Counted from the whole stretch's first letter, positions 45,099 to 55,594 are shown. The stretch: 63,809 bases of DNA, filler included, from Licmophora abbreviata (GCA_900291995.1; 11 parts of 11 records of this genome joined end to end with filler, not necessarily neighbours in it), one strand, 5' to 3'. The notes: generated by a model from the sequence alone, not told the origin. Translations and numbers: made by a program.

Positions 45099-47561
45099 CT
45101 ACTTGGCTACTACCATCCCTCGGAACATCAAGCTCGCATCCTGTATTTCTCTCTCGCCTCCCTTGAGCTCGGTCACCGTTGTTCCTGATCCGACCTCCTT
45201 CATTTTGTCTTGCATCAGCTGTTCCAGACGACGACGGGCTTCATCGCTAATGGCCTGACCATCTTGGTCGTGAGTAGGGACACCCTTGTCGTCGAATCGA
45301 GTGTATTTTGGATGTTTCTTCTTTCTTCGATGCCGCGTATCGGTAGGGTCGAACCCTTCTTCAGTTGCGCCAAACAGAGCCCAGGATGGAGTGTCAGCTG
45401 TGTAATCTTCAACCGCAAACACAAAGGACGGATCCTCGGCGTTCCGAGCTGCCAGTTCGTCAAATCTGTCATAGTCGATCCAAGTCTTCCATTTGCGCTC
45501 TCCTGTGACTGGATCATCAACAGCAAACTGGTCGGCTCTCGCCAAGAGAACGCTGCAGGAGTGCTTGTGTTCACAAGCGAGACCGTATTCTGGAGGGGCA
45601 TCCACCGTGGCATTGTCACGCATCTTGGCAAGCTCTTGCTGAAGCTTCTGTGTCAGAGCCACAACTTCGTGGTGCCAGGGTGTGTTGCTCATGTTGAGAT
45701 TGGATGCATCCGACTTCCCGCAGAAGGTGACACCCTTGACCTCGACGAGTGAAACATGACCCAGAGCAATGAGCTTTGCGTATCCCTCGATTTCATCCGA
45801 GTTCCATCCCTTAACGACAGTTAGTCGTGCCACTGTACGCTGCCCCTTAGCCTTGAGGGATGAAAGGGATTGCTTCAGGCGATCCCATGCATCGTTGAAA
45901 AGAGGACGATCGATGGCAATCAAACTCTCCGGTGTTGGAGCGTCGACACTAACGTATAGCTGCGTAATTGGTCGTAGACTCTCGATCGCAGCTGGGTGTT
46001 GCCCGTTTGTTACCAAGAACGTCGATATTTTTCGACCGTGCAGATCGCCCAGGAGCTCATCGATTCGAGGGTACATAATGGGTTCGCCGACGAGGCTGAG
46101 AGCACAGTGACGGACAGTATGGGCCTCTTGCCAACGATCCATTCGAACCCCAGGGATGCCCTTTGCTTCCTTTATCATGTTCACGTGGGTCTTGACCGCC
46201 TGATCTACGATATAGTATGGGTCATCTGTCTTCCAGCGCCACTCCTTGCCAACAGGATTTTTGTGGTGTCTCCAGCAAAAGACGCCTAAGAAGGTTGGAA
46301 AGTTGCCGGGGTGAGCTTTGCACGACACAATAACAATAACAATGATCGAACAAGATGAGCATCCAACGGACGTACATTTGTTGGCACATGCCAGAGAGGG
46401 TGTGGCTTCCATGCACTGATAAGACGTAATGCCGTAGAAAGTATGCTTATAACAGCCGCCGCGACCCCGAAGCTGGTGTTTTGTCCAACGACAGAGTTTT
46501 ACGGCACTGTGAGTACCGATGAGCTTGTATCCTTCTTTCTTCAGGGCAGCCGCCTGCGATGGTGTCACCATCTCGCGAGCTTCCTTGTTGACCATTTCTT
46601 CTTCTCCTGAAGCCATCATGGAGTCTCCCATATCCTCGAGATCCATCACGTCCGGCTCCTTTTCTTCTCCTTCGTCGTAGGAATCGTAGTCATGCTCCTC
46701 CTCCACTTGCTCGCTCGACTGACAGCATCCTCCATCGACTGAAGAACTGCCGCACGCACATGACGACTTCTCATCCATCAGGCTGGACATCATGGTGCTT
46801 ATACCCTGAACAACACCTTCCTTCCATGGAACAAACGTGTCTTGTACATGATCACCCACCGCATCGTCACCGACTCCTGCAGTCCTCGTCAATGCCTTGG
46901 CTCCCAACGATCGCAGTTGACGGAAGGCCTCGCGTGCCGGTTGACCCATGGTGCTTGCATCATAGGCAGATGATCCCATTCCAAAGGCAGCCACATGGAG
47001 ATCGGAAGAACGAAGCGGCTGCTTGTCGATCCTCCAGTCGTTCTTCAAGTCCTCCAAGGCCGTCTTTAGAGCCAACGCTTCTGAAGTCCACGTGCCATTC
47101 GTATACGTCGGCAGAAAGAAAATTACCAGAGGAGGTGGTAGCTCTTTTGTGTCACGAGAATTCTCGTCGTCTTCTCGGTTCAACAATTCATCCCACCAGT
47201 CCCATTCTTCCACCTTTCCCAGCTGAAGGCTGACACTGTCCGGAACGAGCGATGCGAGAGACGCATGAAGCTGCTCCGCCAGCTTGGCACAGGTCCCCGT
47301 CACAGACGCATGGGCTATCGTGATCGTTCCTCTAGTCAGGATTCGCTTCTTGTCGACGTCCGCAGTTTCGGAAGCATCTCCCGCAAGCACTTCTCGAGGA
47401 ATGCAATCGTCGACCACAGATTGAACTTCACCAGCGGACGTGTTGTTGCAATCGTCTTCCTTAGGGCGACGCTGTTGTCGCCACACGCAATACCAGGCAC
47501 CCACCAGTGAGACCATTGCGGTTGTGGTCACCACCACAGACGAAGTTCGAGTCGCATGCAT
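45099..47561 (-). CDS. TYW1: tRNA wybutosine-synthesizing protein 1 (flavodoxin + radical SAM); in-frame intron 46286-46375
   Basis: N-terminal TM and flavodoxin (ASVTGTCAKLA); GYKLIGTHSAVKLCRWTK; CYKHTFYGITSYQCMEATPSLACANKC|VFCWRHH; HCALSLVGEPIMYP; EVKGVTFCG. Confidence 0.96.
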   Translation of the reverse strand: MHATRTSSVVVTTTAMVSLVGAWYCVWRQQRRPKEDDCNNTSAGEVQSVVDDCIPREVLAGDASETADVDKKRILTRGTITIAHASVTGTCAKLAEQLHASLASLVPDSVSLQLGKVEEWDWWDELLNREDDENSRDTKELPPPLVIFFLPTYTNGTWTSEALALKTALEDLKNDWRIDKQPLRSSDLHVAAFGMGSSAYDASTMGQPAREAFRQLRSLGAKALTRTAGVGDDAVGDHVQDTFVPWKEGVVQGISTMMSSLMDEKSSCACGSSSVDGGCCQSSEQVEEEHDYDSYDEGEEKEPDVMDLEDMGDSMMASGEEEMVNKEAREMVTPSQAAALKKEGYKLIGTHSAVKLCRWTKHQLRGRGGCYKHTFYGITSYQCMEATPSLACANKCTSVGCSSCSIIVIVIVSCKAHPGNFPTFLGVFCWRHHKNPVGKEWRWKTDDPYYIVDQAVKTHVNMIKEAKGIPGVRMDRWQEAHTVRHCALSLVGEPIMYPRIDELLGDLHGRKISTFLVTNGQHPAAIESLRPITQLYVSVDAPTPESLIAIDRPLFNDAWDRLKQSLSSLKAKGQRTVARLTVVKGWNSDEIEGYAKLIALGHVSLVEVKGVTFCGKSDASNLNMSNTPWHHEVVALTQKLQQELAKMRDNATVDAPPEYGLACEHKHSCSVLLARADQFAVDDPVTGERKWKTWIDYDRFDELAARNAEDPSFVFAVEDYTADTPSWALFGATEEGFDPTDTRHRRKKKHPKYTRFDDKGVPTHDQDGQAISDEARRRLEQLMQDKMKEVGSGTTVTELKGGEREIQDASLMFRGMVVAK

Positions 47562-47884
47562 GGTTCCAGAACGACAAAAACCACAACAATAACATGTACT
47601 CGAGTAAGTCTCAACAGGATTTGTTCTTGCTCATCTCAGATCTCATCAACGCGGGTACGCGAGAAAACCGAGGCGCGCGTATTTTTTCGTGGCTGAGGCG
47701 CGAAGTTTGAAATCAACGTTCCAAGATGCCGGATTCCATTCCGTCAACACATCGATCTTGTCGTACTCGTAGCGACGATGATGCCTTTCCATCATCACAA
47801 CCATGATGATGCACAATAAGTAGATATAGACTACATGGAAATTTTCTTGAGAACCATCCTGGTGCCCATATCTGCCGGTCTGAA

Positions 47885-47984
47885 NNNNNNNNNNNNNNNN
47901 NNNNNNNNNNNNNNNNNNNNNNNNNNNNTTAATTAATTAANNNNNNNNNNNNNNNNNNNNNNNNNNNNNNNNNNNNNNNNNNNN
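47885..47984. other. Artificial contig spacer flanked by a ~150-bp duplicated overlap
   Basis: 47736-47884 is repeated at 47985-48147 with a 14-bp insertion and one SNP. Confidence 0.97.
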
Positions 47985-48170
47985 CCATTCCGTCAACACA
48001 TCGATCTTGTCGTACTCGTACTATACTCCGACTAGCGACGATGATGCCTTTCCATCATCACAACCATGATGATGTACAATAAGTAGATATAGACTACATG
48101 GAAATTTTCTTGAGAACCATCCTGGTGCCCATATCTGCCGGTCTGAACCCGCTTATAATAAGCAAGCAAC

Positions 48171-48863
48171 ATGAAGTCGATACTACTCTGGAGAATGACA
48201 GCAATTGGCCTTGCTTTCATCCTGCCACGTGCGATGAGCGGCGCCGCGTTCGCTGCTGGCGCCAAGAAGAAGGGCCGTAAGAACCAGGCCTCGAGCAAAA
48301 AAGGCTTTGGGGCACCTCCACCAAGCTTGGATCAAGTGCTAGAGACCTTTCGAACGCGCTTGCCACAAGATGTTGCCAATTTAAAATGTCCTTGCGGATC
48401 GGGCGAGGACTACGAGAGTTCCTGTTGTGGTGTCTTTCACAGTGGACGCGCGTCGCCGGAGTCTCCACTGGACGTGCTCAAATCAAGATATTCTGCCTTT
48501 TCTCTACGGAATATCGAATACGTGATGGATACGACTCATCCTACTTGTCGTGATTACATGGAGGATCGAATCGCATGGGCCAAGGATCTCAACAAGGGGG
48601 GCATGTTCGATTCCTATGACTTTGTCAAACTCGAAATTATCGGGGAGGAGGTCATTCAAGACGAGGAGGAGGCATTCCTAGAGTTCAAAGTCACTTTGAG
48701 AGCCAAAGAGGACACGTCGTCCGTCTTGGCCGGTCAAGAAATGACAGTTCGCGAAAAGTCTCGCTTTCTAAGAGATGAACAATCCGGTGGCCGCTGGCTT
48801 TATGCGAGCGGCGCGGTGACTCCTGAAGTCGAGGGCCTGGAAGATACGGTTATTAATCAATAA
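48171..48863 (+). CDS. SEC-C motif / YchJ (UPF0225)-like protein, probably plastid-targeted
   Basis: CPCGSG..Y..CC..FH, LKSRYSAF, TTHP, REKSRF, WLY; N-terminal signal peptide followed by AAF. Confidence 0.85.
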   Translation: MKSILLWRMTAIGLAFILPRAMSGAAFAAGAKKKGRKNQASSKKGFGAPPPSLDQVLETFRTRLPQDVANLKCPCGSGEDYESSCCGVFHSGRASPESPLDVLKSRYSAFSLRNIEYVMDTTHPTCRDYMEDRIAWAKDLNKGGMFDSYDFVKLEIIGEEVIQDEEEAFLEFKVTLRAKEDTSSVLAGQEMTVREKSRFLRDEQSGGRWLYASGAVTPEVEGLEDTVINQ

Positions 48864-48894
48864 AATTGCCCATAGCTGCTGGGTCGTTTACTCT

Positions 48895-49923
48895 TTATAA
48901 TAGACCTACTTGAGTCACCTCAACACGCTTCAGTAGTTTGCCTTCGTAGACTTTGCCAACACGGGTGTCACCGAAGGTCTTGGCCGCCCCACGAAAGAAA
49001 TCGCGCTGAGAGTTGAATACTGCCGATGCCACATCTTCCACAGCAGATGGCTCACCGCGAGGTTTGTCGATCGAATAGGTGGGAATGTCCATGCACAAGT
49101 TGAGAAACTCACTTCCAACGCTATCCAACAGTAGCCTCCCAAAGACCACGTGCGTGGAATCGAGTTCGGCGGCAGCGGCACGCGTAGTAATCGAAAAGGT
49201 GGGAGACACATCCAATGCACGATGGGTCAAGAGACCTTTGCTAGTGTGTGACAGTCGTTGTTCGCCACTCTTAATCCACAGCGGCGCCGGAAGGATGCGT
49301 CCACCGTACTGCAATGCCGTCGAGCCAGCAAACGTCGTTACCTCCAAACTCGGAATGCTACCACCCTGCACGAGACCTGTTGCTTGATCCAGTGTTTTAA
49401 AAGAGGAGCGAGAATAGGAAGGGAGTGGAGTATCGTCCAGAGGATTGTACGGGACATCGATGTACCGAATAAACTGTTCTACGCTGGCCGGTGCAGCTTC
49501 TCCAAAGAGTTCCATGGTGAGTCTACCCTGAAAGACACGATTAGCCGGGGTATCGTCCAGATCATCTCGGACGTAAAACGTGCCATCCGCCCGGGATATA
49601 CGAACATCCATGTAGACTTTTTGGGTCACCTTTGCGGGCGCAGCAGTCGTCTCTGCTGTTGCTGGAGACGGTCGACAGATCTCAGCCGCAACTAGCCCTT
49701 GAAGTACCCCACCCACAAAGGACCGACGATCCAGATCTTCTGCAACCGGTGGAGACATCGCAGACAATGGCGTCCTTCGGATGCTCCTGTTTGCACCTCG
49801 AATCTCACCGAGCGAGAATGAGACTGCGGGGGCAAGATCAGACATTACAAGAAGGAGAATCGCGAAGGCCGCTGCACCTCTGGAAGGTCGAGAATCCGTC
49901 ATTGATATACACAAGGGGATCAT
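48895..49923 (-). CDS. Divergent cyclophilin-type PPIase-fold protein, predicted thylakoid lumen
   Basis: KVTQKVYMDVRI, GRLTMELFGEAAPASVEQF, LSHTSKGLL, FSIT...ELDSTHVVFGRL; signal peptide + AVSF motif, then twin-Arg DRRSF and A-x-A. Confidence 0.82.
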   Translation of the reverse strand: MIPLCISMTDSRPSRGAAAFAILLLVMSDLAPAVSFSLGEIRGANRSIRRTPLSAMSPPVAEDLDRRSFVGGVLQGLVAAEICRPSPATAETTAAPAKVTQKVYMDVRISRADGTFYVRDDLDDTPANRVFQGRLTMELFGEAAPASVEQFIRYIDVPYNPLDDTPLPSYSRSSFKTLDQATGLVQGGSIPSLEVTTFAGSTALQYGGRILPAPLWIKSGEQRLSHTSKGLLTHRALDVSPTFSITTRAAAAELDSTHVVFGRLLLDSVGSEFLNLCMDIPTYSIDKPRGEPSAVEDVASAVFNSQRDFFRGAAKTFGDTRVGKVYEGKLLKRVEVTQVGLL

Positions 49924-50267
49924 GGAAGACTCCAATCAACAGTGAGGAAACTTAAGAACGAGAGATGGCTCCTTAACGTCGACCCTGACGGCATCATCAA
50001 TGATGTGGTTGGTGGTTGACGCGGCGATGTGATGCGGCGAAGATTTTTTGCGCGCCGCAACGAAAACTGCAAAACATCCACGCGCGATGTATCCGCGCGC
50101 CGCATCGAGCTCATTCAGAAGTCTTGCCATCGTCGGACGACCTCGCGGCAAAATATCGCTTACACACGCACTGTCATGATGCAATGCCATTCCAGAGCGC
50201 CGACGACGATCGCTCCATGCATCGATCTCCCTTCTCGATCGACAGGACAACAGCAAAAAGCGCGACA

Positions 50268-50816
50268 ATGGCAGTTCTGAGAAACTTAGATGCATTTGTA
50301 AAGCCGCGTGAGGATTTGAGGACTCGATCGGCTGTCGGTGGACTCATAACAGTCGTCGCCGCTTCCGCTGCAGCGCTGCTCTTTCTGGGTCAGGTCATTT
50401 TCTATTTCAGGGGGGACACGCGACATTCACTGAGCTTGGCGCAATCCACATCACACCCAGTACCTACCCTAGACTCCATACACCCCACATTAGGCAATCG
50501 AGCTGCAGGAACGATTCCACTCAAGCTGAAAGTGACGTTTCCACACTTGCTTTGTGAACATATCGATGTCTTTCACGATGGTGCGTCGCTGAAGAACCAG
50601 CAACTTACCAAGCTCCATGGGTCACGCGCCATTTCATTGCGCAAAGCGACGCCGAATGAAATACTCAAGACCCTCGGGAGGCATATTGCGAACGCACCCA
50701 AGGAGGGCGACGGTGGGTGCACCGTCACGGGAGAACTGAATGTGGCCAAAGTGGGTGGAACGATTAGCATTACTGTCTCGAAGCATGCCTGGGCGGAGGC
50801 GACCGCATTCTTTCTG
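50268..50816 (+). CDS. ERGIC/Erv41-Erv46 family ER-Golgi vesicle protein, 5' part (truncated by gap)
   Basis: LRNLDAFVKPREDLRTRSAVGGLIT + TM; VTFPHLLC; GCTVTGELNVAKVGG. Confidence 0.85.
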
Positions 50817-50916
50817 NNNNNNNNNNNNNNNNNNNNNNNNNNNNNNNNNNNNNNNNNNNNTTAATTAATTAANNNNNNNNNNNNNNNNNNNNNNNNNNNN
50901 NNNNNNNNNNNNNNNN
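50817..50916. other. Artificial contig spacer
   Basis: N44-TTAATTAATTAA-N44. Confidence 0.99.
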
Positions 50917-51795
50917 CTCGACGATCAGCTACAAGAGCATGGGATCATGCAAGATGTCTTTGATGCCGGTGTGGCAGTACCGGGAGAAGAACACGAATGC
51001 GAACACGACAAAGTTTCTCCGCGTCAACGTCGACGCCGCACGACGGTGCTGGTGGGGCACGGTGATTTCATGTCACTGCTACTGAAGCGTATCGTGGCTG
51101 GGTTTGGACATGCGGTGGAATCGGAAGGTATTCCGCATCGGTCGGCGTTTGTACATTTCAACACGGGAATCACGGAGCTGGAGTACTTTGGGGCGGGACG
51201 ATTCTTAGTCATGGCGACGAACCAAACGCCTCATTTTGGTCCGACGGAGTATTCTAGAATGCGCACAGGAGGCGGGTTGAAGGATGGATGGTCATACGTT
51301 GTGCCGCACGACTCGTTTATTTTGGATGCCGAGGTATCCGCGACCTTTGTGGATGACCTCGAAGATCATGTCAAGGAACAAACCGATGCGCTCAAGGCAC
51401 TGTATTTGTCCAGTGGTGGAGCAGAGAACGCAAGCATAGATCGTCGCATGTCTAGCGGAAACTTGTCCGTCGAAGAGATTGAAGGGAAAGACTCTGACAG
51501 CAACACGCCTGCCGTGTGCTTTGTCGTCAAGCGTGGTATGCAAGTCGTCGGATGTGCGTGGTATGACGAAACAAGCGGCCGTCTATCTGATGTCGTTGTA
51601 CGACCATCGGCTCGCAAAAGTCAAGTGGGAAAAAGTTTGGTGAATGCCGTTCGATCCCATGCCCGCAAGCTTGGGAGGTCTGGAAGTCTGATCATCCAAC
51701 CGTCGTCTTCGGATGGCAAGGAGTTGCTGGAAAGGCTGGGCTTTCTTGAGCTCACCGAAAGCGACTATGATGGAGACTATGGGCTGGAACTGTAG
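50917..51795 (+). CDS. 3' part of a histidine-phosphatase (PGM-like) + GNAT acetyltransferase fusion protein
   Basis: VLVGHGDFMSLLL...HFNTGITELE...ATNQTPH (C-terminal half of a His phosphatase), followed by VVGCA...LSDVVVRPSARKSQVGKSLVNAV...LERLGF (GNAT motifs A/B). Confidence 0.7.
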   Translation, partial: LDDQLQEHGIMQDVFDAGVAVPGEEHECEHDKVSPRQRRRRTTVLVGHGDFMSLLLKRIVAGFGHAVESEGIPHRSAFVHFNTGITELEYFGAGRFLVMATNQTPHFGPTEYSRMRTGGGLKDGWSYVVPHDSFILDAEVSATFVDDLEDHVKEQTDALKALYLSSGGAENASIDRRMSSGNLSVEEIEGKDSDSNTPAVCFVVKRGMQVVGCAWYDETSGRLSDVVVRPSARKSQVGKSLVNAVRSHARKLGRSGSLIIQPSSSDGKELLERLGFLELTESDYDGDYGLEL

Positions 51796-51880
51796 AAGTC
51801 TTTTTGGTAACAGAATAAGGAGGCATGATGTGAACAACATATCCTAAATTTAAGTTCCTCCCCAGAAGGCTCCAGTACTA

Positions 51881-52594
51881 CTAGTCATTCTCCGAGAACA
51901 TGGACTCGTCGTCTTCCTCGCCGGCCAAGGCAGCCATGGCTGCGTGGATATCGTCCGCCGTGTCGTCACTCACACTATCGCTATCTTGAACGTCTGCTAA
52001 AGGATGGTACAGAGCATCATCATCAGAATCCTCGGTCTGGTCGGGAAGAATTCTACCATCGTTATCGGAAGTGCTGTTCAGGCGGAGACATTTCAAGCTC
52101 GGGAGACCACTTTGAAGCTTCGTGAGTCCGTTGCCCTCCTCGATTCCCGGACATCCGTACAACGCGAGCGACTGCAGCTTGAGGAGACCACCGAAGAAAC
52201 GGAGTGCAGATGCGTTCACTCTCGTGTTGCTAAGATTGAGCGCCTTCAAGTTGGTAAGAGACGCCAGAGCAGCCGCTCCTCGATTGCCAATACGATCGTT
52301 TTGAGAAAGGTTGAGGACAGTCAGGTTCTCTAGAGTCGCAAGGAGTGTACAGCCTAAGTCGCCTACTCCTCCGCCGCAGAGCTCGAGTGACTCCAACGAC
52401 TTGATTCGGGACAGGTGTGCACAACCAACGTCGGTTACTCTCCCAGAGAAGATATCCAGTGATTTGAGATTCGTCAGAGTGCGCAGATGAAACAGTCCAT
52501 CGTCACCGATTTCCCGGTTGTCGAGGTTTAGAACTGTCAGTGTGGTCATCGAGGAGAGGTGTCGAAGGCCCGAGTTCGTTATATTGCAGTAAAA
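51881..52594 (-). CDS. Leucine-rich repeat protein, 3' part
   Basis: LxxLxxLxL repeats with I(G/T)DxG(L/C)xxL; acidic tail; open to the gap. Confidence 0.88.
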   Translation of the reverse strand, partial: FYCNITNSGLRHLSSMTTLTVLNLDNREIGDDGLFHLRTLTNLKSLDIFSGRVTDVGCAHLSRIKSLESLELCGGGVGDLGCTLLATLENLTVLNLSQNDRIGNRGAAALASLTNLKALNLSNTRVNASALRFFGGLLKLQSLALYGCPGIEEGNGLTKLQSGLPSLKCLRLNSTSDNDGRILPDQTEDSDDDALYHPLADVQDSDSVSDDTADDIHAAMAALAGEEDDESMFSEND

Positions 52595-52694
52595 NNNNNN
52601 NNNNNNNNNNNNNNNNNNNNNNNNNNNNNNNNNNNNNNTTAATTAATTAANNNNNNNNNNNNNNNNNNNNNNNNNNNNNNNNNNNNNNNNNNNN
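52595..52694. other. Artificial contig spacer
   Basis: N44-TTAATTAATTAA-N44. Confidence 0.99.
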
Positions 52695-53217
52695 TCGTAA
52701 ATCACAACTTGACATCCCGAGCATTGTATGCAACTCGTTGGCGGGTTGTCTTTTTGTCATTTGGAGGTGATAACCTGGAGCTTTCCTTTCTCTTATCTCG
52801 TCGCGTGTCGCGTGGCATCAAAACGAAAGGAATTCAGACACGAGCTTGACGCAGGCGTGACTCACTCACACTTCAAGGAGGAGTCGTGGAAAACTGGTTG
52901 GCATCTTCAATGTACTATACTACTATACTCGGAGTATAGGTCGAGCGTTGATTTTCAAAATGACTAATTTGTCTTTATGTCTGAATGCTGTATAACGCAA
53001 AGAATGCCGATTGTGGCAAAACAATAGCAAGACTTCCCATGAAAGTATTCAACTTTGAAGAGTGCGTTTCAGTCGTGTGATACACTCCTTCCAAACGGAG
53101 TCGAAGGTATACGGGAACTTGTTCATCTTACTGCGTTCCACGTATCTCCGTATCTCACGTAGTTACAAGTACAACGACTACACGACCGTCTGAATTTCGG
53201 AGTCGTATGGAACACTA

Positions 53218-55437
53218 ATGGCATCAATCTTGCCTCAGAATTCACCCCAAAACTCCACCATGACAAGGAACATCGCCGAAAATTCGAGAAGCAACGCCGT
53301 TCAGGTTGTAAGAAGGGGGACACTGTGCATCATAGCAGCCATCCTGATTGTAGCTGGGTGGACAAATTATGAAAGAGCGCGCCGACGGGTCGCTCCGATT
53401 CGACTAGTCCACGATGCTAAATCATGGCGAGAACTGCTACCCAACATTGAAAGCGGGAATGCCGTCTATCCATCCTATCGGCTCCTCTATGCCCAAGAAA
53501 TATCCTCTCTAATGCTCCAATGGAAGACAGAGTATCCCGCTTTTCTCCGAGTCACGACGGCTCAGGAGAGGTACGGATTGCCCCGCGCTGGTGGTCCTCT
53601 GGATTGTCCCTTCGACGGGGGTCGCTGTCTCAACTACATGTTCACCATCCAGGACTACACAATACACCCGGAGGGCTCTGAGTCATCCAATCGACTTCCT
53701 GAAGCCTTCCTTTCGGGGGCATTCCATGGAAGCGAGCGGGTGGGTCCGACGTCAGTTCTAGAGGCTGCCGCACTGCTCCTTGAGGCAGCGACATGTGAAG
53801 CGAACCAGCAAGGTGACGCGTCGGCCACGCAATGTCGTGCGGGTTTAGCCTTACAGGGAATAAACGACGCGAGACGAAGGCAGCTAGCACGCATCGTGGC
53901 CACCCGACGGATTGTCGTTATTCCGACTGTCAATGCTCTTGGGTATTACAAGCTTCAGAGAATGGAACGAACCACACAGGGATCGATGGTCGACCCCAAC
54001 ACCGACTTCCCCTATGATGTAGAAAACCGGGACCCGACAATGTGCATGAGGACAGTTGCAGCTCGAGTTACGAACGAAGTTTATCGAGAACACATGTTCC
54101 AGCTGTCCCTCACCTTTCATGCTGGGATAAAGGAAACGATCGGCTACGAGTGGGGCAACCCAGCTTACTTGGGATACGACTCCCCAGACAACAATGCACA
54201 GGCGCAAATTGCCTCATCTTACAGCGCTTTTGCTGGAACGTTTTCGGGAGCGCACATGTACGATTGGGGAACCATGAATGAGAAAGTAAACTGGTTGCAT
54301 GGGGCCATGGAAGACTGGGCTTACGCAAGCTCGTTTGACTTCGACAACAATATTCAGTGTACCCCGGCCACATACGGAGGGTATCCCAAAGAAAAGACGA
54401 CATACAACGAATCTGTCTTGAGATCTTTCACCATGCTCGTGGAAACTAGTGCTCAAGGTATCCCGATGGCACACACGCTTGGAACAGGGGAAGATATTTT
54501 CAACCCCGAATCTCCCGGAAATGGGCATGTCGCTCGTAATCTACGAATGAGCATCTTGGCGGCTGAGCTCGTTGAGCCGTACGTCACAATTACTGGCCTT
54601 GGCTCGGATCCTATTGTGAACGATATTATTCCGGGGGTCCCCATCGACGGCCGGACTACATGCCAAGAATCGAAGCGTGTCGCCATTCCCTCCGACACCG
54701 ACTCTGTCGTCGTTAGCTGGTCAGTCGGAGGCGCCATTGCGATTGATGATACTTCGTTATGGTATGGAAAGTGGCACGAGCTTCCCCTAAACGCTTGGGA
54801 ATGCATGTCACAACCCAATCAAGACATCACCCCGTACCTTACCAGGGCCTCGAACCAGAATGCCAGAAGTGGATCGGGGTACCATTCCTCCAATGGTCCA
54901 GTTCCCGCTCCAGATTCAGACGAGATTCTCGGTCCTAGCTTTCATGCATCCATCAATCTCGAGACGTTTGAAGAAGGGGATGAGATCGTAGTATTTGCAC
55001 GCGCACGGGTAGATAGCTCCTGGACGGAACAAGACCGAGATGCCATTCGCCCTCAGGTCGACCCTCAGTCACACGTGGTCAATGCGAGGACCAATCCTGA
55101 CTGGTATCATCAGAATGACAGGAAAGTAGTCCAAGGACGCCTCGACTGGTACACGATCGTCCCGCTTACGATAGTGGTAGGAGACGACACAAAACGAGCT
55201 GTAGGTGCCAGCGTTGAAGCATGTCAAAACGAGGGCGGATCCTGTCTTGGACCTACGGACTGTTGCTCGCTTCGATGCTACGGCTATACTTATACAGAGG
55301 CTGGAACTTGCTTGGGCAGGGCGGAGTCAGGAACCGGTGGGATGGGAGATAGAGGTAGAGGAAACGGTCATGGTGGAGCAGGTGGACACGGTGAGAGCCG
55401 CGACGGAGGAGGCTCTCTTCGCCGGCGCAACACGTGA
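53218..55437 (+). CDS. M14 zinc carboxypeptidase, signal-anchored, with a C-terminal Cys-rich module and Gly-rich tail
   Basis: FHGSERVGP (HxxE), IPTVNALG, DPNTDFP, LTFHAG, GAMEDWAY, LVETS; tail CQNEGGSCLGPTDCCSLRC...C. Confidence 0.88.
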   Translation: MASILPQNSPQNSTMTRNIAENSRSNAVQVVRRGTLCIIAAILIVAGWTNYERARRRVAPIRLVHDAKSWRELLPNIESGNAVYPSYRLLYAQEISSLMLQWKTEYPAFLRVTTAQERYGLPRAGGPLDCPFDGGRCLNYMFTIQDYTIHPEGSESSNRLPEAFLSGAFHGSERVGPTSVLEAAALLLEAATCEANQQGDASATQCRAGLALQGINDARRRQLARIVATRRIVVIPTVNALGYYKLQRMERTTQGSMVDPNTDFPYDVENRDPTMCMRTVAARVTNEVYREHMFQLSLTFHAGIKETIGYEWGNPAYLGYDSPDNNAQAQIASSYSAFAGTFSGAHMYDWGTMNEKVNWLHGAMEDWAYASSFDFDNNIQCTPATYGGYPKEKTTYNESVLRSFTMLVETSAQGIPMAHTLGTGEDIFNPESPGNGHVARNLRMSILAAELVEPYVTITGLGSDPIVNDIIPGVPIDGRTTCQESKRVAIPSDTDSVVVSWSVGGAIAIDDTSLWYGKWHELPLNAWECMSQPNQDITPYLTRASNQNARSGSGYHSSNGPVPAPDSDEILGPSFHASINLETFEEGDEIVVFARARVDSSWTEQDRDAIRPQVDPQSHVVNARTNPDWYHQNDRKVVQGRLDWYTIVPLTIVVGDDTKRAVGASVEACQNEGGSCLGPTDCCSLRCYGYTYTEAGTCLGRAESGTGGMGDRGRGNGHGGAGGHGESRDGGGSLRRRNT

Positions 55438-55594
55438 CAAACTCGCAGTAGACCCAATCTTTTGATACAATACATACACAAGATACAACGCTTACACATT
55501 AGCGATAGCATATCACGCACTCAAAACGCCTGTGTTGTACGATCGCTTTTTACGTAGATAGACTATAGTACATGACTTTCGTGCTCAAAACGCC

